This document shows positions 49,741-62,081 of a stretch of DNA of 64,000 nucleotides, piece by piece. Below the pieces are notes generated by a model. That model was not told the origin of the DNA. It was given only the letters and a program-made list of their open reading frames with translations, and did no database searches. Numbering within the stretch: the first letter of the stretch is position 1; every line of letters starts with the position of its first letter. Location of the stretch: NCBI GenBank assembly GCA_964016885.1, contig OZ024742.1:104408001-104472000 (forward strand), written 5' to 3'. The position numbers and the translations under genes are program-made. The stretch is from Eledone cirrhosa (lineage: Eukaryota).

Positions 49741-51350
49741 GTGAAAAATGGAACGGGAACAAAACAGAGAGGCAGTACGAACAAAGGTTTCACGCTCTTG
49801 ATAGTGGGGGGGGGGGGGGGGGGTGACGACGTTTCGGGCATAAGCCCTTCTTCAGGTGAAAAGTGTGTGGGAAGAGAGTTCCGAGGATGTGTAGGGGAGT
49901 GGAGGAGAGACATTTAGAAAAAAGGGGGTGAGGAGGAAAGATGGTGGAAGAGGTACAAAATAAAAATTAAAAAAATAAAAATAAAAATAAGCATGAAGAT
50001 AAACAAGTGGTGGAAGGGTGTGGGGCGGTTAGTTGTGGTGGCGGGTGGAGTGGGGAGAGGGAGTCGGGGTGTCCGAGCGGGGAGGGCTGAAGGTGGTGTA
50101 TGTGTGTATATGTGAATGTGAGAGTTGGGGGAAGAACGAGGTTCCATGTTCAGGAAAAGGTGTGTGTGGGGTGTAGGTTGGTGTGTGTGTGTGCGCGTGC
50201 GGATGGGGAGGGGTCAAAGGGGTGGGGAGGGGGGAGAGGATTCCGGAGGCTGAGTGTGTATATATGTGGGGGTACGCACGTGTGTGTGGTGTTTATACGT
50301 ATTGTGGATGTAGGTGGCGTGGTTCTAAAAAAAATTTTTGTGAGTGTATGTCCGTGGGTAAGTTCCTAAGGTAGTTCCGTAAAGGGTGTGGTGGGATGCC
50401 GGATAATTTTCCATGTGATGGAGTTGATAGTGGGAACGATGGCCAATTGTGTGTAATCCGTTGATTGCGGTAGTCGGAAGAAGGGAGATGTGTGGTGCGC
50501 ACGCTACAGGAAGTGGTCAGAGGGTCAAGGCAGGATGAGGGTAGAGGAAAATGACAGGTGGAGAGGGCTGTGTGTCTGTGTGTGCGGAGAAGTGGTAAGA
50601 GGGTCAAGGCATAGCAGCAGTAGAAGAGAATGGCAGGTGGGGAAAGTCAGTGTGTCAGTGTGCGCGGAGATTGCGTGCGCGTTTGAAGGTGAGTGGTGGG
50701 GATGGGAAGATGTGGGGGGTGGAGTGGTCGGACTGGAGGCATCGGAAGAGGCGGAGGATGGAGGGGTGGTAGGTGATGGGGAAGGGGAGACGGTGGGTGG
50801 GTGTCTGGTGGCGTGGGGTGAGGGTGGTGGAGCGGTGGACAGCACGGGCGCGAGTGAGGGCAGTGAGGACGAGGGGTGGGGGGGGGACCTCTGCGGATGA
50901 AATGGCTGACTAGGGAAAGGGCCTGTGACTCAAAGTCAGCATCTCGGCTGCAGAGGCGGTGGATCCTGAGGAGTTGGGAGTAGGGAATAGAGTGTTTAGT
51001 GTGTGTAGGGTGGGAGGAGGTGAAGTCGAGGTAGGAGTGGGAGTCAGTGGGTTTGAAGAAGGCGGAGGTGACGAGGGAGTGGTGGGAGGGGTCGAAGGCG
51101 ACGGAGATGTCTAAGAAGTGGTGGAGATGGGTGGTGGAGATAGAGGTGGTGAAGTGGAGGGAGGGGTGGAAGGAGTAGAAGAAGGAGAGAAAGGAGTCGA
51201 GCTGTTCTCGGGTGAGGGTCGTGGCTCCGATATAGTCGTCAATGTAACGACCGTACAGTTCGGGTGTGGGGCCGGGTACTGGACAAAGATTTGGGCCTCA
51301 ACATGGCCAACGAAAAGGTTGGCATAGTTTGGGCCCATTCTTGTGCCCAT
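49741..51350 (-). mobile_element. Decayed Penelope-like retroelement (RT palm/thumb plus 3' pLTR)
   Basis: Frame-shifted MGTRMGPNYANLFVG..PELYGRYIDDYIG..FLDISV..FKPTDSHSYLDFTSSHPTHTKHSIPYSQLLRIHRLCS..LPFPITYHP, all typical PLE RT motifs. No recognisable GIY-YIG domain; the 3' end abuts (TA)n. Confidence 0.93.
49824..49859 (-). ncRNA. Minimal PLE-type hammerhead ribozyme
   Basis: tcac-CTGAAGA-a-gggc/ttat/gccc-GAAA-C-GTC-gtca: ACGT palindrome replaces stem III, GUC triplet, stem I 3 of 4 bp. Confidence 0.8.
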
Positions 51351-52157
51351 GAGAGAGAGAGGGATGCACACACACACACACACATCATTAATGGCTCCAG
51401 CTGGATATCAGATGTACATGAGAGTATTGCACCATATCATATATAAAGATATTACCAACTAATATCTACAATCGTACACAATTGATCAGAAGTCTTCAAC
51501 AAACAAATGAACCAGGTCAACAGAAAATAACATAACTTATGTTTACTTTACTAAATGGAATGAAAATAGAGTAAACAATGAAGATACTACACACCAGTAA
51601 TCTAACACTTTAAACATAATGTTAATTCATTTATTAAATTTTGATAAGATGACTAATCCTAAGGTAGGCATGGTTAACTAGTTAGCCAGATTCAAAGTGC
51701 CCAAGACTGTCAGGAATTACAGGTCCATACATACATGGTTTATTACATATACTTATTTTTGTATCAACTCTGAATGAGTCACAGCAACATTATTTTTAAA
51801 GATATGGATGGGATGATCATGGTTTGAATGCCATGAATCATGAGATCATTTAGTGAGGGTTGACTTGGGGCTAAACAACAAGAACTTCCTTTGCCTGGAT
51901 AACAAGCAATTTCCATGCCTACATCACAGTCGAGTAGTTAACAACAGGAAAGGTATCCAGCTGTAACACTAATTATGTCAACTATATAGAAATAATCAAA
52001 TTTTCAAAAGCAATCAGATGTGTAAAAAGAAAATTAAAACAGAAAACACAACAGCAATATACTTAATAATTTACCGAAAATAATTCATTTTCATCAACAC
52101 ATTATACAGATACCATGATTAAATCATCAACATAATTAGAAGTTTGATACAGAATTA

Positions 52158-52206
52158 CCGTATTTTCCAGCCTTTTGAATGCATACCCCCCCCCCCCCCC
52201 CCCCAA

Positions 52207-52238
<32 letters not shown>

Positions 52239-52552
52239 AAACACATCAAAAAATCTTCCTTGTTTCCGATACACCTGTATCACTGATGGGAGATGAAACT
52301 GAGGTGAGGGCAATCATGTTTAAAATAGTTTAGTTTGTATTACGATTAGTATTACTAACACAGTAACACAATACAATTTATATAATTAAAATGAAAATGA
52401 TGTCAAACTTATATAAGAGTTTCGGAAAAAACAATGAATTAATTTCTAATAAATTTATGACAAAATGTACTAAAATTCTTTTTTCTCAAAATGTACTTGT
52501 AAAACCAGGGGCCGTCTTATACAAAGAAGCATCCAATAGGTAGCAAATATGT
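52158..52552. mobile_element. Possible pogo/Tigger-type MITE, degenerate
   Basis: TA|CCGTATTTTCC.GCC at the left end; CGTCTTATA..AAATATG at the right end. Confidence 0.4.
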
Positions 52553-52789
52553 TAACTCTTAACAACCTGCAGGAAGTGCCTAAAAACTGATTTGTTAATT
52601 CAAATGTATATATTGTCTTTCTTTATAGATGTTTAGAACATCACAGACATTTGCAATATTAGATTAAAGAATTTAATTTCTTATGTGATGCAGTCATAGT
52701 GCTGTTTTGTATTTTTCAAGAATGTCTTGAAGTTAAAAGTTAACAACCGAATCTAATAGAATTTACAACCAAATGTAATAATATTTTAT

Positions 52790-53195
52790 GTTTTTTGGCA
52801 CAAGGCCAGCAATTTGGAGGGGAATGGAAAATTGATTATATCGATCCCAGTACTTAACTGGTACTTTATATTTGTCGACACCAGAAGTACGAAAGACAAA
52901 GTCAACCTTGACGAGAATTAAACTCAGAATATAAAAAATCAGAACAAATGCTGCAAAGCATTTTTCCAATGCTCTACCGATTCTGCCAATCAACCATCCT
53001 TTCAACCAAATATAATAATGGTTTCTCCAATAGGCATTAGAAGGAAAATGGGTTGTCAATTCAATCAATACCAGTATATAACTGGTATTTATTTTATTAA
53101 CACTGGTGTGATGAAAGGCAAATACAATCTTAGTGAGATTTGAATATAAGATGACCTAACAGTAAAGTATTGTCTGACACTACTGATTCTACTAA
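52790..53195 (-). mobile_element. Two SINE family A copies
   Basis: GGCACAAGGCCAGCAATTT..ACTGGTACTTTAT..AACTCAGAAT. Confidence 0.8.
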
Positions 53196-54782
53196 CCTTC
53201 CTCAACTAAATCTAGATGCCAGAAACATTTCAAAAGATACCTTCAATTTCTAAGACATTCTATCATAATTAAAGAAGAAGAAATAATCTAAATTCTGGGC
53301 TGAAGACTAATTGGTAAAAAACTGAAAAGTAGTTTAATTTAGTCTTTATATTCCTTCAGTGGGGGTATTTGTTGAGTGGTTAAGAAGTTTACTTGGAAAT
53401 AATTGAATTTCCAGGTTCAACCCTACTGTGTATCATCTTGGGCAAATGTCTTTTACCTTTGCTTTAAGTTGAGCCAAGCCTGTGAGTAAAATTGGATAGA
53501 TAGGAACTGTACAGCAGCTCATTAGTTGGATTTTCCAAATTACTGAGTGGGCAACAGGATCTATCAGCTGGCTTCACACCACCACATGATTCTTGTTGGT
53601 ATTCAAACAAAAGTCTCCTATTTTTAGGGTAATTTGATATTTTTATGAACTGCTTCTGACTACAACTAATGAATCATGGTCGCTTCCTCTTTTAAACTTT
53701 TTCAAATCCCAAAGATCTTGCCAAAAGGCTATGGGCACAGCCCCTCCACTTCAAATAAAGCAATAGAAATGACAAAAACAATACAGCCTGGTGGGTTTAG
53801 TAAATTAGGAAACTATAGAGGTAACGGAAGAGGCAACCATTCATAATACTTCTGTTTGCCTTGATTAAATATGTCAGTTACTGCTCCACTGATATTTTTT
53901 ACGGTTTAATGTGGAAAGGATGGGAAAGGGAGACAATCAGTAGTGAATATATATACCTGTAGTAAATATTCATATGCACATTTGCATAACCATTTAACTG
54001 ATGCTGCCATAGAGGAGAAAATAAATACACAAGTGTAACAATAGTTGTTGCATTTGAATCATACATAATGTATTTTGATGCTATGATTCATGGGAAGACT
54101 TATCAATATTTTAGTCCTGAAGAGAAAAAGGCAATAATAACAATAACAATATTTAGAGAGGGAGGGAGGGGGGGGGGGCCTGCCAGACTAATATTTGGCC
54201 ACATATCGTATCATAGGCTTGAGGATGTAATGGGTTCAGCAGAGAAGATACCTGAAATGAATGAGGGATATGAGAGAGAGGGGAGTGAGACAGAATAAAG
54301 GAAGAGGGGGGGAAGCAAAGGAGAGGGGAAGAGAGAGTATAAGACAAACAGAAAAGAAAGAGAGAGCATCTACAGTTACACAACATGCAAAAGTCATGAA
54401 GGGATCTGAAATTTTGATTTTAAAAAATTCAATTACTTTTTTTGGTATTTTTTCAGATGTGAAAAATCACATTTAGCATGTTTATTACTAGATATACGGT
54501 ATATGATGTTATATTTGAAATTTAAAACAAAAATAAAGAAGCTATTAAAATTTGAAACCCCTTCATGACTTTTGACCCCTTCCCCTGTATAAGAATAGCT
54601 GTGTATATAACTGCTGTATGTGTGTATGCTTGTGTAGCAGTAAGGGTATGCATCGATATGAACAAGCATATGAATGTCTATGTGTGTGTAATTATGAGTA
54701 TGCAGCTATGTGAACAAGCATGAATATGCATGAGTAAGAGAATACAAATGTGTGTGTGTGTGTATGTGTGTGTATGTGTGTG

Positions 54783-54816
<34 letters not shown>

Positions 54817-57800
54817 CGTGGACGAGAATGCGAGCACTCCTCTTTGTTTCGTCCGCGGATGGCTAACATAACCCTATCTCCTCCCGCCCCCCACCACCCC
54901 CACCCTCCAAACCCAACCCAAAACTTCAGAGTTGGTACCATAAATGTAGGCACCCTAAAGGGTCGCGCTAACGAGGTTGTAGAAATGCTTGAACGTAAGG
55001 AGGTCGATGTTTGTTGTATTCAAGAGACCAGGTGGAGGGGTGGGTCTGCTAGATTCATTGAGGGTAAAAAACGATGTTATAAGCTTTTCTGGGTGGGAAA
55101 CGACGATGGGCTGGGTGGAGTAGGAATCATGGTAGCAGAAAAGTGGGCAGATAAGATAATAGACGTAAATAGAGTGAACGACAGAATAATTAAAATAAGA
55201 CTTGTCCTCAATAGAACTACGGTGACAGTAATATCTGCGTACGCACCCCAATCCGGACTGCCCGGCACTATAAAAGACAGATTCTATGAGACACTGTTGC
55301 TAACTACCTCCCAAATATCTGACAGTGACTATATAATTATTGCAGGCGACCTAAATGGTCACGTTGGACAACATTGTGACGGCTACGACGAAATCCATGG
55401 AGGCTATGGGTTTGGTACTAGAAATGAGGAAGGCTCCAGAATTCTGGAATACTGTGATGCAAATAACCTAACTATCTGTAACACTAACTTCAAAAAACGT
55501 GACAATCACCTGATTACCTATAGATCCGGGGAACACACAAGCCAGGTAGATTATATCCTTACCAGAAGACGTGACAGAGTGTCTGTTGTAAACACTAAAT
55601 CCCTCCCCCATGAAGAATGCACCTCCCAACATAGACTGATAATTAGCGACCTCATAGTCAGGACGAGACGTACCCGACAGCAGAAGAGGACTATCCTCAG
55701 GAGGAAAATATGGAAGCTAAAGGACCCCACAGCCAGAAATAAATTTCAAAGCATATTACTTGATGCTTTCGACAGTAAGGAAGAGCATCTAGAATCGGAC
55801 AATATAGAGGGACAGTGGAAATTTCTGAAAGCAAACCTGCTGTTGGCGACAGACGAAGTCTGTGGCTGGAGCAGGCCTGTAGGCAGGAGGAGAGTAACAT
55901 GGTGGTGGAACAATAGGGTGGAGGGGTCAATTAAGGCCAAAAAGCAGGCTTGGAAAGTATGGCGGGATGGGGGAAGTAGAGTAGACTATCAAGTGGCCAG
56001 GAGGGAAGCTAGGAGAGAAGTGTACTTAGCAAGAAGGGAAGCTGAGGAAAGAAAGTTCAAGCATGTTCTACAACGCGATGACCAAAAACGTGAGGTGTTC
56101 AGGATTGCCAGGCAATGCGTCAAGGAAAACCGTGATATTGTCGGGGAGAAGTGTGTACTTAACGATGATGGCATACTTGCCATCACCGACACTGATAAGA
56201 AGGTAGCTTGGAAGTGTCACTATGAAAGGCTACTAAATGAGGAGAATAAATGGGAGAAAGACAGTCTCCCCCATATCGACCCGATAGAGGGACCAGCAGT
56301 GTTAGTCGAGGGGAGTATAATAAGTAAGGCAATCAAGGATATGAAGACTGGTAAGGCGGCTGGGCCTTCGGAAATAGTTGCTGAGATGCTGAAGGCATCT
56401 GGCACGGTGGGACACACCATGGTCACCCGCATAGTTAACCAAGTCGTACAGAATGGGGTTGTTCCGAAGGACTGGCATAGCAGCATCATCGTTAACTGTT
56501 ATAAGGGTAAAGGAGACGCCCTAGATAGGAGTAACTATAGAGGCATTAAATTAATCGACCAGGTCATGAAGGTCACGGAAAAAGTAATAGCGCAACTAAT
56601 CAGAGAGAGAATTGATCTAGATGAAATGCAGTTCGGGTTTGTGTCAGGCAAAAGCACCACAGACGCTCTTTTCATAGTACGACAACTACAGGAGAAGTAC
56701 CTAGCTAAAGGTAAACCCCTCTACTTAGCTTTTGTCGACCTGGAGAAAGCCTTCGACAGAGTCCCCCGCTCCATTATCTGGTGGGCTCTTAGAAAACTAG
56801 GCGTTGACGAATGGCTTGTGAGGGCTATACAAGCCATGTATAAAGAAACAGTCAGCAAGGTTAGAATTAACAACGAATATAGTGAAGAGTTTAGCGTAAA
56901 AGTTGGCGTCCATCAGTGCTCTGTTCTCAGCCCCCTACTATTTATTATTGCCCTTCAGGCTATAACAGAGGAGTTCAAGACAGGCTGCCCATGGGAACTC
57001 CTATACGCAGACGACCTGACACTCATAGCGGAATCAATGGCCGAGCTAGAGAAGAAATTCCAAACATGGAAGCACGGCCTAGAGTCAAAAGGACTTAAAA
57101 TTAACCTGGCTAAGACCAAAGTTCTAGTTTGTAGGAAAGAAAACAAGGCGGCGGTCCCTTCTGGGAAATGGTCGTGCTCGGTGTGTAGGAAAGGCGTAGG
57201 TAGAAACTCCATCTTATGTCCTAAATGCAAAGTATGGGTGCATAAAAGATGTAGTGGGATCACAGGTAAGCTAACTAAGAACATAGACTTTACATGTGGC
57301 CGGTGTTCTGGTGCAATAAGTAGCAGCAAGTGCCCATAAAATACTAGCTCTTTCAATTGCGCAGAGGGTTCTATAGAAATAGTGGACAGCTTCCGTTACC
57401 TGGGCGATAAAATCAGCAGTGGGGGAGGGTGCTCTGAAAGTACTGTAGCTAGAGTCAGAACTGGTTGGAAAAAGTTCAGAGAGCTTATACCACTATTAGC
57501 TGCTAAAGGGTTCTCCCTAAAAATGAAAGGCAGGTTGTACGATGCCTGCATACGAACAGCAATGTTGCATGGTAGTGAGACCTGGGCATTGTGTGCAGAG
57601 GATATACGCAGACTAGAGAGGAACGAAGCTTGCATGCTCCGCTGGATGTGTAACAGTAATATACGTGAACGGCAAAGCATAAACGAACTAAGGAAAAAAT
57701 TAGAGATAAGAGGGATCAGATGTTGTTTACTCGAGAGAAGGCTGCGTTGGTATGGACACGTGATGCGCATGAAAGTCGATAGCTGTATTACAAAGTGCAG

Positions 57801-58333
57801 GGCAATAAAGATAGACGGTAGCCACGGAATAGGCAGACCTAGAAAAACATGGGATGAGCTGATAAACTCCGACCTCACACACTTACACCTCTCCAAGACA
57901 ATGTCACTGGACCGTGACCTTTGGCGGTACTCAGTAACAGAGAAGACCCGCCTTGCCAGTAGGCATCTCTAACAAACTACACCCCGTCCCGCCACCACCC
58001 CCACCCCATCCACACCACCCCGTTCTATGTAAAGTTATGTTGGTGCCGCGCCATCCAGGCCGAAACAAATGAGATCGTGTAGGTGTCACGACAAAAAAAC
58101 ACACAGTCCACGCTGTAATGTGGCCGTGTAGGCAACACGGTAAAAACCTCCCAGACCCACACTGTAAATGTGGTTGGTGTTAGGAAGGGCATCCAACTGT
58201 AGAAAACCTGCCAGACAGTCCTATGCGAGCAAGACAATCACTCTTGCCTCAAGTGGGACTACCCCCGTCCAAACCCATGCAAGCGTGGAACACGGACGTT
58301 AAACGTTGATGATGATGATGATGATGATGATGA
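54817..58333 (+). mobile_element. Near full-length RTE-clade non-LTR retrotransposon
   Basis: Single APE-RT ORF, 3'UTR of about 360 nt ending in (GAT)n, inserted in a (TG)n(TA)n|(CA)n microsatellite; no unambiguous TSD. Confidence 0.98.
54859..57972 (+). CDS. RTE ORF (APE endonuclease, RT, PHD-type finger), about 1037 codons with one in-frame TAA at 57337-57339
   Basis: VGTINVGTL, CIQETRW, GDLNGH, QVDYIL, SQHRL (APE); NYRGIKL, QFGF, FVDLEKAFD, YADD, FRYLG, RLRWYGHVMR (RT). ORFs 54730-57339 and 57382-57972 are in the same frame. Confidence 0.95.
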
Positions 58334-58384
58334 TACACACACATACACATTTTCACTAGCTCTGACAGTTGTCAGGTGAACAGT

Positions 58385-58431
58385 GAGCTGTACTGATGAA
58401 GAGTGATGCCCAGAAACAGTGTCTCCAGTTC
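58385..58431 (+). ncRNA. Hammerhead ribozyme candidate, partly decayed
   Basis: gagctgta-CTGATGA-agagtgatgccca-GAAA-c-agt-GTC-tccagttc: intact core, stem I 7 of 8 pairs, GUC triplet, poor stem II; the cassette ends at (TA)n near 58600. Confidence 0.6.
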
Positions 58432-59346
58432 TGTTTACTTGCCAACACAAGAGCAAGAATGAAGTGTTCATTCTACTGACATGGCTATAAAAATGAGGCT
58501 TGTTTGCATAATTGCAAACAAATCGAATGTTATTAATATTCGAAAAACTCAGATTACATTTATTGTATTCAGCAAACATGTAGAGCAAACATTTTCTTTT
58601 TTATATGTATATATATATGTATATATATATAAATGAATACTCTGTCACTCATAATCACCTATCTGGGATAAACTGACGTGAAGTGCTTTGGATTGCCAGG
58701 ATCTGCTTTTCCTCAAGAAGTTACAATGTAACAACTAAGATAAACAACACTCTTCTGCAACTATATATATATAACAAAGTTTCTGTCAACAAAATTCCAC
58801 TCACAAAGTATCAATAAATCTGAAGTTACTTACTCAAGATGTTCTACAATAAGATTCAACCTAGAATTATGTGGTTGTGAAGTGAACTTCATGAACACAC
58901 AGCTGTAAAAAACACTGCAGGTGAAAGTATCTAAAATTGTAGAACAATCCAATCCAATCAAGTATAAAAGCACAATGAGAAACTACAGGTTAGCAGTATG
59001 TTATTCCCACTGCCTTGATGTGTGATATCCCCACTGGCTAGATATATGTTATCCCCACTGGCAAGATATGAGCTATTCTCATTGGTTAAATGTGGGCTAT
59101 GGCTAAATGTAAGAAAAATGAAAAAGATAAAGCTATAAACAATAAAATCTTTAAAAAATATTATAATTCTAGTCACTCCTTGTCAGTGAAACATCATCAA
59201 ATATTCAAGTTGGTTGTTTTACCTTCCACAAATATTTCACATATTCACTTTGTCATTTGATGTTTTATTTACATAATCATAATTCAATAAATTAAAGTGA
59301 CAGAGGTTAACATGCTGTCATGATTTCAAACCTTGCTTTGGCCAAA

Positions 59347-59350
<4 letters not shown>

Positions 59351-59387
<37 letters not shown>

Positions 59388-59389
59388 TG

Positions 59390-59450
<61 letters not shown>
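59351..59450. repeat. (GA)n(TG)n microsatellite
   Basis: Perfect runs. Confidence 0.98.
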
Positions 59451-59451
<1 letters not shown>

Positions 59452-60417
59452 TTGGAGCAAAGGGCATTACTATATTTGCCTCATATTGCTAGATGTGGGA
59501 AAACAGATACTACTTGCAGTACAATTGAATGGTAAAGTGAGGGAAAGGGATGGGGAATCATCATAATTTAATGTCTTTCCTGCTAGCAAGGGTTGGACAG
59601 TTCTTCAGAAAGTTAGTACTCAAGTGGAGCTATAGACCCCCTCAAATGACCTGAAGGGCCTACATCTCACTTTCATGGGTTCTCGTGCTCTACTGAATGT
59701 ATTTTATCATGGCACAAGTACCATATATTTAACATGTTTGAAGAGTGTTTCCAACCCTTTGTTTGCCAAGTTTTCTATGGCTGGATGTCCTTATCACCAA
59801 CCAACTTATAGAGTGTACCAATTAATTGAAAATGTTTCATCTAATAACAGACACAAGAATGCAGAAGTGAACACACTATTGCTATCTATTGTTTTGTCTA
59901 AATGTCAAATTCTCACAGGAGTCGATAAAACAAAGTACGAACTCACGGTGTGGGATTTACTGAATTGTTAGAGCATAGGATAAAATACTTTATGTTCTTT
60001 CTTCCAGCTCTTTACACTCTGAGTACCCAAACGGGTGTGGTGTCTAGCCAACAAGATGGTGTTTTGTAAATATATTTATTGCCATGTGTATCCCAGATTT
60101 TAGAATAAGTTACACAGTATCACTGCTTATCATTAAGTGACAAAAAGGGTTGGTATCAGGAAGGGCATCCAGCTGTAAAGCACTGTCTCAAACCATCTTG
60201 TTCAATCCATGCCACCATGGGAAAATGGATATTAATACGATTTTTGAAGGGAGACAACGAAAAACCATGTGTGTACTTTCCCATAAAAATTCCATGACAA
60301 GCAGGAAGACACCAGAAATCATTTGTAAGGTGTTCCAATTGTCATTAAGTACCTTATTCCTAGATGAATACATAATCCCTGACGGGTTCAGATTTGAAAC
60401 TTCTATTTCTAAAGGAA

Positions 60418-60601
60418 ATAATTGTTTCTACTTTAGGCACAAGGCCAGCAATTACCCAGTGCATTACTGGTACTTTATTTTATCGACCCCGTAAGGATGA
60501 AAGGCAAAGTCAACCTCGGCGGGATTTGAACTCAGATCGTAAAGGGATGTAACTATGCTGGAAAGCATGGCGTCGGACCCTCTACCGATACTGCCAATCC
60601 A
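60418..60601 (-). mobile_element. SINE family A, young short-body copy
   Basis: CpGs retained (TCGACCCCGTAAGG, CCTCGGCGGGATTTGAACTC). Confidence 0.92.
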
Positions 60602-60790
60602 AATGCTCCTCCTTTTACAGTTCTTAAGATGAGGTAAACAAGAAAAAAAATTATCTTATTCTGTTTTGAATTCAAATTCTAAATGTCAACTCTAGCTTTA
60701 TATAAATTCATTTAACTAGCTGTCTATATCTGAAGAAAATTGACCTTGTACTTAGTTTAATGAAATTGATATTTCATATCTAAAATTTAA

Positions 60791-61050
60791 ACCTTTTGCT
60801 AACATACTTCTAATCAAAGAAACTGCAAATAATTTTCAAATAATTTTGAAAATAATCACTAATTTAGTAATATTGTAGGGATTTAGTAATATAACTTCCT
60901 CATAATCAAGCTGAAGTTTGGAACATGGCATAACAAAAGTTCTTACATACAAATATGATGGAAGGTTTTTTAGATAAATATAAACACTTAAAAAAACATT
61001 GCATTGTAGAATCTGGTGTTTTTAGGCAGTGTGTTTTGGTATAAAAAGGG
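60791..61050. mobile_element. MITE family 2
   Basis: TTAA|ACCTTTTGCTAACATA...GGTATAAAAAGGG|TTAA. Confidence 0.75.
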
Positions 61051-62050
61051 TTAAAGAAACCAATGGCCAATTTAATGAGAACAAAGAATATTCTTTCTGA
61101 TGAAAAAACTGACTGAGTGAAATGGTGATTCAGGTGAAAAAACATGTGAGGTTGTATGGCACAGAAACTGACTGTATTCAGAGACTGACAGTGATTGAAG
61201 AGAAATGTACTGAGTCTGGACTATAAGATGTGCAATAGAAATTTACTAAGGAGAAAAACAAAAGACTGAGGTTGTAGAGAAGGTGACTGGATATGAAAAG
61301 TGTTTGTAGACTTGTGCAGGAGAGATAGACATACTTGCTTAGACATGTAAATGAATGTAGGATGCATGGTGAATGGATGGCATGATTTGATGAAGGAGAG
61401 TAACTACTGATGGAATCATAGGGGTGCTGTCATGTCTTGAGGGAGCCTACTAAAATAATATCTAAATCTCTCCCAAATTATGCAAAATCGTTTTTAAAAA
61501 AATGTATTCTGAGTTTCTTGCACAAAAGAAAAATATGACAGTGTCACAGCTGGGCCTTTGATCTACAATATGTCCCAACCAGACTAACCTATATCAATTG
61601 TATTCTTTTGTCAACTTAGCTAGACTAACTAAACAGAATATTGAAGAGGTGGCTATAAATTATAGTTAATTATGAGCTAAATAATAACTGCCTGTAACTA
61701 TTCAAAACGTGTAATAGGCTGGCATGAACAGAAAGAAAAAACACAACTAACAGCAACCAACAAACTAACCCAGTTTTCAGTGATCAATTTAAAGGTTACA
61801 CTAGATAACTACAACCAATTTGAAAATCTATGACAGCTTAAAGATCAAAAGCAGAATATACCTGAACTATGTAACAAAACCCCCCCAAAAAACCAACACG
61901 CTTTTTTGTTAGTTTGAATGATATATATATATGTTATTTTATTTTTGAAATAGATAGTCATATTTCTCTAATATAATATTCACACACCACACAAACACAC
62001 GCAGACACAGACACACATATATATATACACACATACACACACAGAGCTCA

Positions 62051-62081
<31 letters not shown>

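Noticed and set aside
50490-51383. Pro/Ser-rich and Gly/Glu-rich ORFs
   Set aside because: Off-frame or antisense translations of the skewed Penelope-like RT remnant.
54730-54858. N-terminal extension of the 869-aa ORF
   Set aside because: It runs through the flanking TG/TA microsatellite; the first ATG inside the element is 54859.
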